Below are positions 37,665 through 47,331 of a stretch of 64,000 nucleotides of DNA, in pieces. Each line of letters opens with the position of its first letter. The first letter of the stretch is position 1. This DNA comes from Chitinophagaceae bacterium UBA2375 (lineage in GTDB: Bacteria > Bacteroidota > Bacteroidia > Chitinophagales > Chitinophagaceae). The notes under the pieces are model-generated. The model worked only from the letters and a program-made list of their open reading frames with translations. It was not told where the DNA came from and did no database searches. The stretch covers positions 11,758-75,757 of the forward strand of contig DDTB01000023.1 in NCBI GenBank assembly GCA_002343985.1, read 5' to 3'. The position numbers and the translations under genes are program-made.

Positions 37665-38134
37665 ACAGTTCATCACGACATAAAGCGCTCCTGCTAACCA
37701 TCGCGGCCCTGTTGCTGACCAACCTGGTAACACTTTACTTTTACTCAAAACAGGAACCATGCGACGGCAAACAAATGCGCCAGGAAAGAAAAGGCCGCAT
37801 GCGGGAGTTCCTGCAACATGAAGTGGGTTTCACCGAAACGCAACTCAGCAGGTTCGACAGTATTTCAGATGCACAGATGAAAGAGATTGAACCCGAAATG
37901 CTGGCTTTCAGAAAATCAAGACGTCAAATAATGTCTGAACTGGGCAACAAGGCATTCAGCGATTCCGCAATTATTGATGCTGCCGGAAAACTGTCGGGTA
38001 ATCAAGAGGAAATGGAAATCCGCATGCTCCGGAATATGCGCGACTGGAGGGCCATTTGCACAGAAGAACAATTGCCGCGTTTTGATACCGGTTTTTATAA
38101 GGTCATGGGACGAAAAAAAGAACAAAATAAATAA
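37661..38134 (+). CDS. Spy/CpxP-like periplasmic helical protein (heavy-metal-sensor type)
   Basis: N-terminal TM, then helical LxxEVGFTETQ...CTEEQLPRFD; ATGA overlap. Confidence 0.7.
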   Translation: MNSSSRHKALLLTIAALLLTNLVTLYFYSKQEPCDGKQMRQERKGRMREFLQHEVGFTETQLSRFDSISDAQMKEIEPEMLAFRKSRRQIMSELGNKAFSDSAIIDAAGKLSGNQEEMEIRMLRNMRDWRAICTEEQLPRFDTGFYKVMGRKKEQNK

Positions 38135-38136
38135 TG

Positions 38137-38167
38137 AAAAGCCCGGCATTCAAAACCGGGCTTTTTT
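38137..38167. terminator. Bidirectional intrinsic terminator
   Basis: AAAAGCCCGG/CCGGGCTTTT between convergent operons. Confidence 0.85.
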
Positions 38168-38192
38168 ATGCAATAGAAAATCAGCGCAAAGG

Positions 38193-39662
38193 TTAGATCA
38201 TACCTTTCCAACGCAGGAAGCCTGCAGACCCAATCATCAATGCACTCACCCAGGCCATCATTCCCGCGCCCTGGCCTTCAGTTTCCGTTTCATTTTTCAA
38301 TTCATCCGCTACATGGGCATACGCTATTTCGGGTTCATGCCGTGCAGCATCCGAACTCAATAAATCCTTTTGCCAGTTGTGCATATTGGTGCCCGTAAGC
38401 GATAAAAGTTGCCTGAGTTCTTTTTTGCGGCGCGCCTTTAACTCACGAAGGTATGTGCGGCCCTCATCACAACTGAGGTCGCCGTTGGCAGGATGCGTCA
38501 CAATATACCTTGCCTGGTAATGATTACGGTTGGGTGTAACCTGGAATGCAAGGTCTTGTGGAAAATCATTCCGGTTATAACGGACATGCATACGCGTAAA
38601 AAATGTCTGGTTGTTCCCATCGGGTAAATCCATATCAGGATCGCTGTAATCTGACCAGTCGGCCTGCTTCAGCCACCAGGCGCCGGCGGTGAGCAGCTCC
38701 TGTTGTGTGGGCGGGTTTCCCACGCAGGGATCGCATTTCATGGGATTGATTGGCGTAATATCCCAGGCATATTCCAGGAAAGCCAGGTTGCGGCCTTCAT
38801 TGTTCCATTGATGCTGAAAAAGATTCGAGTAAAAAGCGCCGAAGTTCTTTTTCACAAACAAGGGAATATTCCTGTCGCTCGGGATATCGATGTTCCGGTA
38901 ATTTGTGCACTCGATGCGTCCTCGGCGCGTAAGCCCGTAAATGACCAGGTCCTGGTCGCCATCGGCATTGGCCATACCCAGGCGGATGGGCAGGATGAAT
39001 TTTTCGGAAGCAAAACTGATTTGGATGGGCCGCAGGAAACCGTTGTTCAGCGCAGTGGCTTGTTTGGGGTTGACCTTCGCGACAAAAAATTTCAGGTTTG
39101 ATTTGATATAAGGCTCGAGCACTTCTTCGGCCGACTCGGGAATTTTATAACCATTATCACTGAGCCATCGTTGCAGGCCGGAGCTCTCTTTTGCTCCAAG
39201 GATCAGTATATCGTACTCGCCCACGAGGTATTGCGCTTCGATTGTCACGCCATACCCTCTTGCAGTGGGTGCGGCTTTTGGAGATTTCATGACTACAGAT
39301 TCCTGTACAGACATCAAATCATCTTTTTCATATACCCTGGGCATGCATGGATTGACATCGTAATACTCAACCAAACGCGGGGAAGAATAATCGTTAAGGC
39401 GCTGGAAAATGCCCGGTTCAACGACGCGGATATCTTTTTTCTGCAACAACACGGGGACGGGTATCACCATGGCGAAATCGCGGATGTTTCCTTTAAAATC
39501 GTTGTACATGGTGACCACCGTTTTTCGTCCGTCACGGGCAAGGATCACCTGCGAGGTTTTGTTGGAAAGGGTACCGCTGGCCTTGCTGACGTAAAAACCG
39601 CAGAAGGCAAAAAGGGATGTTGAGCAGGACACTAAAATGCCTGCCATGAGGATTTTCTTCAT
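38193..39662 (-). CDS. DUF2330-family exported protein
   Basis: AFCGFYV after the signal, VTMYNDFKG..DFAMVIPVP, SPRLVEYYD.NPC, VGEYDILIL, PIRLGMANA; hydrophobic C-terminal tail. Confidence 0.85.
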   Translation of the reverse strand: MKKILMAGILVSCSTSLFAFCGFYVSKASGTLSNKTSQVILARDGRKTVVTMYNDFKGNIRDFAMVIPVPVLLQKKDIRVVEPGIFQRLNDYSSPRLVEYYDVNPCMPRVYEKDDLMSVQESVVMKSPKAAPTARGYGVTIEAQYLVGEYDILILGAKESSGLQRWLSDNGYKIPESAEEVLEPYIKSNLKFFVAKVNPKQATALNNGFLRPIQISFASEKFILPIRLGMANADGDQDLVIYGLTRRGRIECTNYRNIDIPSDRNIPLFVKKNFGAFYSNLFQHQWNNEGRNLAFLEYAWDITPINPMKCDPCVGNPPTQQELLTAGAWWLKQADWSDYSDPDMDLPDGNNQTFFTRMHVRYNRNDFPQDLAFQVTPNRNHYQARYIVTHPANGDLSCDEGRTYLRELKARRKKELRQLLSLTGTNMHNWQKDLLSSDAARHEPEIAYAHVADELKNETETEGQGAGMMAWVSALMIGSAGFLRWKGMI

Positions 39663-39672
39663 ACTGATTGAT

Positions 39673-40560
39673 TTAATGATGAATATGTGCGTGTACATGT
39701 TGTACGGGTAATCTGTTCCACTGAAAACGGCTTGACCTGCAAATCATGTCGAATAAAGGCACAAACGGTTGCAGCAATACCAATGCCAGTACCGGTGCGC
39801 CATTGATGTATTCAAAACTATGCAGCCAGAAACCCAGGAGCCCAACCATAATGCCCCATATGATGCGGGCAATGGGGTGATCGGGCGTGGTTTTTGGATC
39901 GGATATCATGAAGAATGAAAAAACGAGTAGGGTGCCCGTACTGACAGACTGGTAAAAGAAATCGGAAGGCCATTGCAGGTACAATACCTGGCGGATAAAT
40001 GAAGCCGCGATATAAGTAAAGAGAAAAGCGAGGCTGATATCGAGTTTCTGTACCCTGGTAACGACAATAATGCCGAGGATGAGCGCGCCAGAAAATTGCA
40101 CAAATCCATTTCCCCACTGACCCGGGTTAACCCAGGCTTCGCCGGTTAACCAAACAGCGGCTACAATGCCCAGTGCCGAGGGATTGAAGATATGTTTGCC
40201 CCTTATCCGGATAAAATACTTTGCGGTGATGCCCAGCATCGCGGCTGCAATGGCGATGGTTGTATGGTTGGTTTGCAGGAACAGGCATAAACCCATGGCC
40301 GTGATCAGCGCAGAAGGTAATCCCGGCAAGGTAAGCTTCCACCAGCGCGCTTCCCAGGGCTTTGCGATATGCTTCCTGAGCCATGCTTCGCAGATCAATT
40401 GCGTGATGATTGCCGTAGCGATATAAACTGCGTATAACCATGACCGTTGTGCCCATTCGAGGTAAACAGTGCCGTAGATAAGGAAGATCGACTGAAATAA
40501 AACCTGGAAGATCCGGGCATCGGGTGTAAAGGGCTGCATAAAAAACAGTTGGTTTCTCAT
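39673..40560 (-). CDS. RnfD/NqrB-like membrane protein (stand-alone)
   Basis: DARIFQ, SALIT, GKHIFNPSALG, FFMISDPKTTP; start could be 40539-40599. Confidence 0.8.
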   Translation of the reverse strand: MRNQLFFMQPFTPDARIFQVLFQSIFLIYGTVYLEWAQRSWLYAVYIATAIITQLICEAWLRKHIAKPWEARWWKLTLPGLPSALITAMGLCLFLQTNHTTIAIAAAMLGITAKYFIRIRGKHIFNPSALGIVAAVWLTGEAWVNPGQWGNGFVQFSGALILGIIVVTRVQKLDISLAFLFTYIAASFIRQVLYLQWPSDFFYQSVSTGTLLVFSFFMISDPKTTPDHPIARIIWGIMVGLLGFWLHSFEYINGAPVLALVLLQPFVPLFDMICRSSRFQWNRLPVQHVHAHIHH

Positions 40561-40688
40561 GAGATGCAGGCCTGATGGAATTACACATGGATGATTCACA
40601 ATAAATTGTTAATAAGAATGGATGAGCGGTTTGAAAAAACAGCTTACCATTTGTACATTGAATCATCTTTTCACCAAACAATCAACAC

Positions 40689-41081
40689 ATGAAACATGCC
40701 ATCAGCTGGTTCGAAATCCCTGCCACTGACCTGGAAAGGGCCCAGCGATTTTACGAAACCATTTTAGGCGGGCCATTATTCAATATGGACATGCCGAATA
40801 TCAAAATGAGGGTGCTGCCATCAGACCAGGATCCCGATGCCGTTGGCGGCGCGGTGGTGGACAGCGGTGGATTTCACCAGCCTTCAGCCACGCATGGCCC
40901 ATTGATTTACCTGAACGCCAATCCTGACGTACAAATAATCCTGGACCGCGTGGAAGCAGCGGGCGGATCAATATTGGTTCCTAAAACAGAAATAAGCCCG
41001 GAAATTGGCTTTATGGGTGTCATCATTGATTCGGAAGGAAACAGGATTGGCCTGCACGCTGTTCCTGCTTCCGGAGCATAA
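40689..41081 (+). CDS. VOC/glyoxalase family protein
   Basis: ISWFEIPATDLERAQRFY, DSEGNRIGLH. Confidence 0.9.
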   Translation: MKHAISWFEIPATDLERAQRFYETILGGPLFNMDMPNIKMRVLPSDQDPDAVGGAVVDSGGFHQPSATHGPLIYLNANPDVQIILDRVEAAGGSILVPKTEISPEIGFMGVIIDSEGNRIGLHAVPASGA

Positions 41082-41137
41082 AAATTTCATGATCCGGGTT
41101 CAGCCTATTTGAGTACATTCATACAAATAATTCCCTT

Positions 41138-41593
41138 ATGCAATCAGCCGCAAAAACTGTGGATGCCTATATCGCGGAATTGCCCGCCGACAGGGCCGAA
41201 GCCATCCAAAAACTCCGGAAAATTATCCGCAAACATTTACCCAAAGGCTTTGAGGAGCAGATGGGCTATGGCATGATGGGTTGGGCGGTTCCGCATAAAC
41301 TCTATCCAGCCGGTTACCATTGCGACCCAAAGCAACCCCTTCCATTTCTCGGACTCGCTTCGCAAAAAAATTCCATCAACCTATACCATATGGGCATTTA
41401 CGCCGACCCAACATTGTACGAATGGTTTGTCAAAGAGTATGCAAAAAGGGTTAGCGGCAAACTGGATATGGGCAAGAGTTGTATCCGGTTTAAAAAAGCG
41501 GAACAAATACCGTTTGAGCTTATCGGGGAATTATGCACCAAAATGACCCCGGCCGATTGGATCGCCTTGTACGAAAAGAATTATAAAAAGTAA
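41138..41593 (+). CDS. DUF1801 (YdhG-like) protein
   Basis: TVDAYI, GYGM..W.VP...YPAGYHC, LDMGKSCIRFKK. Confidence 0.85.
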   Translation: MQSAAKTVDAYIAELPADRAEAIQKLRKIIRKHLPKGFEEQMGYGMMGWAVPHKLYPAGYHCDPKQPLPFLGLASQKNSINLYHMGIYADPTLYEWFVKEYAKRVSGKLDMGKSCIRFKKAEQIPFELIGELCTKMTPADWIALYEKNYKK

Positions 41594-41610
41594 ATTGACT
41601 GTTCTATCCG

Positions 41611-42102
41611 ATGTCAGTAATTAAAAAAATACCGGTCACGATTTTTTACATATTGATGTGCATGATTTTTACAACGGGTTGCAACCAGGCCCTGCGCACT
41701 GAACGTAAGGACCTGGGCGGGTTGCAGGGTGCCTGGATGATGGAGGGCAATGAAAAAAATTTCGGTGAAAGCTGGACCAAACTATCCGATGTTTCTTTTC
41801 GTGGTTTGGGCTATTCATTCCGGCAAAAAGATACCAGCTTTTTAGAAGAAGTCATCCTCACCCGAAAGGATGGAAAGTGGACGTACACGCCACGCACGCT
41901 CGGGCAGGGCAATGGTAACCCGGTGACGTTTACTTTAACCGGCAGCACGCAACGGGAATATATATTTGAAAACCCGGCGCATGATTTCCCCAAAAGGATC
42001 ATATACCGGTTTATCGGGCAGGATTCCATACATGCCAGCATCGATGATGGTAAGGGTTCGGCAGACGCGAGGATGGACTTTTATTATCGCAGGGTAAAAT
42101 AA
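41611..42102 (+). CDS. DUF6265-like exported protein
   Basis: LQGAW, ESW, FENPAHDFPKRIIY. Confidence 0.7.
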   Translation: MSVIKKIPVTIFYILMCMIFTTGCNQALRTERKDLGGLQGAWMMEGNEKNFGESWTKLSDVSFRGLGYSFRQKDTSFLEEVILTRKDGKWTYTPRTLGQGNGNPVTFTLTGSTQREYIFENPAHDFPKRIIYRFIGQDSIHASIDDGKGSADARMDFYYRRVK

Positions 42103-42103
42103 A

Positions 42104-42125
42104 AATCCCACCGTTAAGTGGGATT
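42104..42125. terminator. Hairpin between convergent genes
   Basis: AATCCCAC/GTGGGATT stem. Confidence 0.55.
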
Positions 42126-42159
42126 ATGTATTACTGTGTTTTTACAAAAATCATGAGCG

Positions 42160-42729
42160 TTATTTCCGCCTCGTCATTTTGATTTCCATGTTCTTAAACT
42201 CCTGTCCATCCTTCATGGTAAATTGTTCCATGATTTGTGTATCGTCATTGACAATGCGTAAGGTTTCCCTGATTTGAACCGGCTTGCCGGTCATGGGATC
42301 AGTCATGCTGCCTTTAAGGTTGATGGTTTGGGTTTTCTCATCCCAGGTACCTGTTGAAATCATCATTCCGGTTCCGAAATTATCGATCCAGGTATTTACA
42401 AAAAACTTTCCGGCGTTATCCCAACCCAGGGTACCGATGCCTTCGAATGGCATTCCCATGAAATCGCCTTTATGGGTTGATTCCTGGTAGCGACCTCCAA
42501 GGATCATACGGTTGGTACAGCTTGCTTTCATGGTTTGTTCAGGTGCGCCCGGTGCCATCCACATTTTAATTTCTTCATCCCAGTTTCCATCCCAGGAAGC
42601 CATCATTTTTTGCATGCCGGCGGGAGTGGCATACTCCATCCATTTTTTATTTTCTTCTTCCGTTTGGGCCTGGATGCCGGTAATGGATACAAACAGTGCA
42701 ATGGCCAGGCATGTCGTAATCTTTTTCAT
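42160..42729 (-). CDS. DUF1579-family exported protein
   Basis: MILGGRY, GMPFEGIG..GWDN, WIDNFGTG. Confidence 0.8.
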   Translation of the reverse strand: MKKITTCLAIALFVSITGIQAQTEEENKKWMEYATPAGMQKMMASWDGNWDEEIKMWMAPGAPEQTMKASCTNRMILGGRYQESTHKGDFMGMPFEGIGTLGWDNAGKFFVNTWIDNFGTGMMISTGTWDEKTQTINLKGSMTDPMTGKPVQIRETLRIVNDDTQIMEQFTMKDGQEFKNMEIKMTRRK

Positions 42730-42874
42730 ATGTGTTGATTTTGGTTTGACAAAAGGGGACGAAAAGTACAGATAATTTTGAACCCCGCTAATACGCATAA
42801 TTGGGTATGCATAATAAGGGCACAAGATGCACCCACATCATGCTAACTAACAGATACACAAATGTTTTATCGGA

Positions 42875-45715
42875 TTAATGCGCTTCCAGCCAGTTTTTGC
42901 CGGAGCCCAGTTCGGCTTCCACCGGCACATCATTGGGCAGCGGCAGCGCTTCCTTCATGGCGGTGAGTACCAATGGCCGCAAATCGTCGAGCTCCTCTTT
43001 CAACACATCAAAAACCAATTCATCATGCACCTGCAGGAGCATGCGTGATTTGAACCCTTTCTGCTTCATCTCCCGGTGGATGCGGATCATGGCCAGCTTG
43101 ATCATATCGGCCGCCGTACCCTGGATGGGTGTATTGATGGCGTTTCGCTCAGCGAAACCGCGTACCGTAAAATTGGCCGACTGTATATCGCGGAGCCAGC
43201 GCTTGCGGCCCATCAGCGTTTGTACGTAACCGTTATCCTTCGCGAAGCGGATGCTGCCATCCATGTATTCCTGTATGCCTGAAAATTGTTTTTTATAATT
43301 GTCGATGATCTCCTTTGCTTCCGTTCGGGATATGCCCAGGTTTTCGGCAAGGCCGAACGCGCCCTGGCCGTAGATGATGCCAAAGTTTACGCTCTTGGCT
43401 TTGTACCTCATTTCTTTTGTCACTTCCGTTTCCGCAACATTAAATACCCTGGCGGCGGTGGCGGTATGGATATCTTTTCCATGGCGGAAGGCATCGCACA
43501 TATTGGGGTCTCCGCTGATGGCGGCTACAATCCGCAACTCTATTTGCGAATAATCCGCCGATACGAGCACATGCTTGTGGTCGCGCGGGATGAACGCTTT
43601 GCGGATCTCGCGGCCGCGGTCGGTACGAACCGGTATGTTTTGCAGGTTTGGGTTATTGCTGCTAAGCCTGCCTGTTACCGCAACGGCTTGCGCATAACTC
43701 GTGTGCACACGGCCCGTTTTTGGATTGACCAGTTGCGGAAGCGCATCCACATAGGTATTGCGCAATTTGGTCAGTTCACGAAAAGCCAGGATATCGCTTA
43801 CGATGGCATTTTCCGCAGCCAGTTTTTGTAGGACGTCTTCACCTGTGGCATATTGCCCAGTCTTTGTCTTCTTCGCCTTGGGGTCCAGTTTCAGTTTGTC
43901 GAACAACACTTCCCCCAATTGCCTGGGTGAAGCCAGGTTAAACCTGACGCCGGCCGCGGCATACACTTTTTCTTCGGCCTGCTTCGCTTCCTTATCCAGG
44001 TCAAAGCTGTACTCTTTCAAAAAGTCCTCATCAATCCTGATCCCTTCAAACTCCATATCCGTCAGCACTTTCACCAACGGTGTCTCCACTTCGTAAAAAA
44101 CTTTCTCTACATCTTTTTGCTTTAATTCCGGCAGAAATACCTGTTTGAGTTGCCAGGTGATATCGGCATCTTCACCGGCATATTCCTTTATTTTTTCCAG
44201 TTCCACATCCCGCATATTGCCCTGCCCCTTACCTTTTTTTCCAATCAATTCTTCGATATGCACGGGCTCGTAACCCAGGTAATGCGCGCTCAGTATATCC
44301 ATATTGCGTTTTCCATCCGGCTCAATCACATAATGCGCCAGCATGGTATCAAATATGCCGCCGGCCGGCTCTATGCCATACCATTTCAATACCAGCAAAT
44401 CATACTTTATGTTTTGTCCTATCCATGTGATGCCGGCATCCTCAAACAATGGCTTGAATTTTTTGAGGAGCTTGAGGCAGTCCTCATGTTTGGGCGGACA
44501 AGGTACATAGTAGGCTTCGCCGGCTTTCACGGAAAAACTCAAACCCACCAGTTCTGCCTGGTTCGGGTCGATACCGGTGGTTTCGGTATCCATACAGATT
44601 TCCCGGGACCCATGCAAGCGTGTAAGCATATCCGTTAGTTCCGCTTCGCTTTGCACCAGGATGTAGTTATGCGCTGTGTTGTGGATGTTTTTGTCAACCA
44701 TTACCGGCTGCGGGTCCGGGTCATCATTGCCCGGAGGCGGGTCCATGGGTGCAGGCTGATCCATGCTTGTGGCCGGCGCACCGAACAAATCCATCTGCGC
44801 GCCTTCCGCGGCGGGCTTCCTGTCGTTCCCTGCGATGGGGATGTCCTCACCCAGGATGCGTTTACCAATGGTGCGGAACTCCAGGTCGGTGAACACTTCT
44901 TTCAACAACTCTTTATCCGGGTCTTTCACCCGGAAATCTTCCTCATGAAATTCGGTGGGCACCTGGGTAATGATGGTGGCCAGTTTTTTGCTCATGATGG
45001 CCATATCCCTTCCGGCCCTGATTTTTTCTCCCATGGAACCTTTGATCTGTTCGGCATGGTCGAGGATATTTTCGAGGGTTTTATATTCCGATAAAAGTTT
45101 TGCGGCTGTCTTCTCCCCCACACCCTTGATGCCGGGAATATTATCCACCGCGTCGCCCATCAATCCCAGCATGTCTACCACCTGGCTCACCGATTCAATG
45201 CCCCATTTTTCACAAACCTCTTTGGGGCCGAGGATCTCGGCGGTACCACCCTGGTAAGGAGGGCGGTAAATTTTGATATGTTCCGAAACGAGTTGCCCGT
45301 AATCCTTATCCGGTGTAACCATGTACACATCATAACCGGCGAGTTCCGCTTGTTTGGATAATGTGCCGATAATATCATCCGCCTCATACCCGTCTAACTC
45401 CACAACAGGGATATTAAAACCCCTTATGATTTTTTTGATATCGGGTACCGCGGATAAGATGTCTTCCGGCGTTTCCTGTCGGTTGGCTTTATAATCCGCG
45501 AAATCCGTATGCCTTTCTGTGAGTGCATGCGTATCAAAGCACACGGCCATATGGGTGGGCTTCTGATTATTGATCAGGTCAAGCAGGGTATTGGTGAAAC
45601 CAAATTGCGCGTTTGTATTGCGGCCTTTGCTGGTGATCCTTGGATTGCGGATCAAGGCGTAATAAGCGCGGAATACCAACGCGAAAGCGTCGAGCAGGAA
45701 GAGTTTTTTTTCCAT
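42875..45715 (-). CDS. polA: DNA polymerase I
   Basis: 5'-3' exonuclease (EADD, GDAVDNIPG), 3'-5' exonuclease (DTET), motifs ADYSQIELR, KSVNFGIIYG, QVHDELVF. Confidence 0.98.
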   Translation of the reverse strand: MEKKLFLLDAFALVFRAYYALIRNPRITSKGRNTNAQFGFTNTLLDLINNQKPTHMAVCFDTHALTERHTDFADYKANRQETPEDILSAVPDIKKIIRGFNIPVVELDGYEADDIIGTLSKQAELAGYDVYMVTPDKDYGQLVSEHIKIYRPPYQGGTAEILGPKEVCEKWGIESVSQVVDMLGLMGDAVDNIPGIKGVGEKTAAKLLSEYKTLENILDHAEQIKGSMGEKIRAGRDMAIMSKKLATIITQVPTEFHEEDFRVKDPDKELLKEVFTDLEFRTIGKRILGEDIPIAGNDRKPAAEGAQMDLFGAPATSMDQPAPMDPPPGNDDPDPQPVMVDKNIHNTAHNYILVQSEAELTDMLTRLHGSREICMDTETTGIDPNQAELVGLSFSVKAGEAYYVPCPPKHEDCLKLLKKFKPLFEDAGITWIGQNIKYDLLVLKWYGIEPAGGIFDTMLAHYVIEPDGKRNMDILSAHYLGYEPVHIEELIGKKGKGQGNMRDVELEKIKEYAGEDADITWQLKQVFLPELKQKDVEKVFYEVETPLVKVLTDMEFEGIRIDEDFLKEYSFDLDKEAKQAEEKVYAAAGVRFNLASPRQLGEVLFDKLKLDPKAKKTKTGQYATGEDVLQKLAAENAIVSDILAFRELTKLRNTYVDALPQLVNPKTGRVHTSYAQAVAVTGRLSSNNPNLQNIPVRTDRGREIRKAFIPRDHKHVLVSADYSQIELRIVAAISGDPNMCDAFRHGKDIHTATAARVFNVAETEVTKEMRYKAKSVNFGIIYGQGAFGLAENLGISRTEAKEIIDNYKKQFSGIQEYMDGSIRFAKDNGYVQTLMGRKRWLRDIQSANFTVRGFAERNAINTPIQGTAADMIKLAMIRIHREMKQKGFKSRMLLQVHDELVFDVLKEELDDLRPLVLTAMKEALPLPNDVPVEAELGSGKNWLEAH

Positions 45716-45719
45716 GCCT

Positions 45720-45727
45720 CAAATGTA
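45720..45727 (-). promoter_or_regulatory. -7 box TACATTTG for polA
   Basis: TAnnTTTG, 4 nt before the ATG. Confidence 0.6.
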
Positions 45728-45761
45728 AACAGTTCCCTGTAACGTAAAGCGAGAACCTTTA

Positions 45762-46493
45762 TCAAAAACGATTTTCGAGGTATGCAGGCAACATGGCGCG
45801 CCAGGTAGGCCAGTCGTGTTTCCACTCAGGGCCCCATACGTCGAGCTCATGGTTGATGCCTTTGTTGTGCAACACGGTGGAAAACCGGCGTGAAGCTTCA
45901 GGGTCTTCGTAATCGCCGCTGCCGGTGAGGATGTGGATATGATTGGAGCGTCGGATATGGTCGAGGTACCAGGGATCAGACAGGTTGGGCAGGTAATGCA
46001 TGGGGGAATTGAAGTACACCTGGTCGTCGTAAAAACCTTTTGTATATTCCATCAGGTCGTACACGCCGCTCATGGATATCACGCCATTGATCAGGTCGGG
46101 GCGTTTCAGGAATAGGTTCATACTGTGCAGCGCGCCGAATGAAGCGCCGCAAGTGATGATGGGGGTTTCAGCAGATGTATTGGTGCGGATGAATGGCACC
46201 ACTTCATTAAAAACGTATTCATTGAACTGGTTGTGGCGGATGGCTTTATGTTCTCCCGCCATTTCGTTATTCAGCCAGCTTTCGTTGTTGATGCTGTTGA
46301 TGGAAAATACCCTCACTTTACCGCCATTGATAAAAGGCGCAAGGGTGTCCATCAGCTGAAAGCGCTCATACTCCAGGTAATCCGCCGCGGCCGTAGGCAC
46401 AAGCAATAAAGCAAAACCGTAATGACCATATGATACGATGGGCATTTCCTTATTCAGCGCCGGGCTGAACCAACTGGCCAGTTCTCTTTTCAT
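45762..46493 (-). CDS. Putative esterase (alpha/beta hydrolase)
   Basis: GASFG nucleophile elbow, SMSGVYD, HDWPTW. Confidence 0.85.
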   Translation of the reverse strand: MKRELASWFSPALNKEMPIVSYGHYGFALLLVPTAAADYLEYERFQLMDTLAPFINGGKVRVFSINSINNESWLNNEMAGEHKAIRHNQFNEYVFNEVVPFIRTNTSAETPIITCGASFGALHSMNLFLKRPDLINGVISMSGVYDLMEYTKGFYDDQVYFNSPMHYLPNLSDPWYLDHIRRSNHIHILTGSGDYEDPEASRRFSTVLHNKGINHELDVWGPEWKHDWPTWRAMLPAYLENRF

Positions 46494-46624
46494 AAAATTT
46501 TAGCATTATATGGATTGTAAATATAGAAACTATTGCTAATGTTGTATGGTATTTGTTTTTATCCGGCAGGATTCTTGCAGGAAGGAATAGAAACTGTACT
46601 TTTACGCATTATAAACCATCACGC

Positions 46625-47311
46625 ATGTTACGAGTGTTTAAGCCGGCCCTGGTTGTACTGGGTTTCGCGGCCATTTTTTCCGCCTGTGAAAAAGAATATA
46701 GTACTGAAAACGGAAACGACCCCGGCACGGGCCCAATTGGCGGTTGCAAATCCTGCACATACCAGCCTTGGTGCGATGGATCATCCTACACTTATATAGA
46801 TACCAGCGCTGGTTCAGCAACTACCAGAAACGGTGATATTGACATTTCCGGGGACACCACGATTGATGGAAAAATTTATTCCGTTACGCTCACTAACGGC
46901 AACCGCTCTTATCATAACTGCACGAACGGTGTAACCACTGTTATTATTTACGAATCAACCACACCGGGTGCGCCTCCTGAAAAATTGGTCAGCACTTTCC
47001 TGAAAGAGAATGATGCTGTTGGCGCAACATGGACGGATGTAAACCCAACCGGTACAGGCCAGAATATCGTATTTGAATATGAGATCATGTCGAAAGGCGG
47101 AAGCCGCACGGTGCTCGGGGTTACTTACAATGATGTGATCCATGTCAAGCAGACGTCCAGCATTGAAGTCCCCATTTTCGGGTTACTGGAAACCAGTGTT
47201 ACGGATTATTTCTATGCCCGTGATATTGGCCTGATTGAGACAGAAATATTTGAATCGCTCACCGGCACGCAAATCCTGCACAGCGTGCTGCAATCGTATA
47301 ACATACCTTAA
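46625..47311 (+). CDS. Hypothetical lipoprotein
   Basis: IFSAC lipobox; Cys-rich CKSC..PWC; C-terminal YARDIGLI. Confidence 0.7.
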   Translation: MLRVFKPALVVLGFAAIFSACEKEYSTENGNDPGTGPIGGCKSCTYQPWCDGSSYTYIDTSAGSATTRNGDIDISGDTTIDGKIYSVTLTNGNRSYHNCTNGVTTVIIYESTTPGAPPEKLVSTFLKENDAVGATWTDVNPTGTGQNIVFEYEIMSKGGSRTVLGVTYNDVIHVKQTSSIEVPIFGLLETSVTDYFYARDIGLIETEIFESLTGTQILHSVLQSYNIP

Positions 47312-47331
47312 CGCATAGACGAAACCAGGGA

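Noticed and set aside
42897-45742. Many 60-180-aa ORFs antisense to polA (likewise within gltB, rpoN, uvrB, typA, the M3 peptidase and the OM barrel)
   Set aside because: Fully nested in well-supported genes; the number is as expected from six-frame translation
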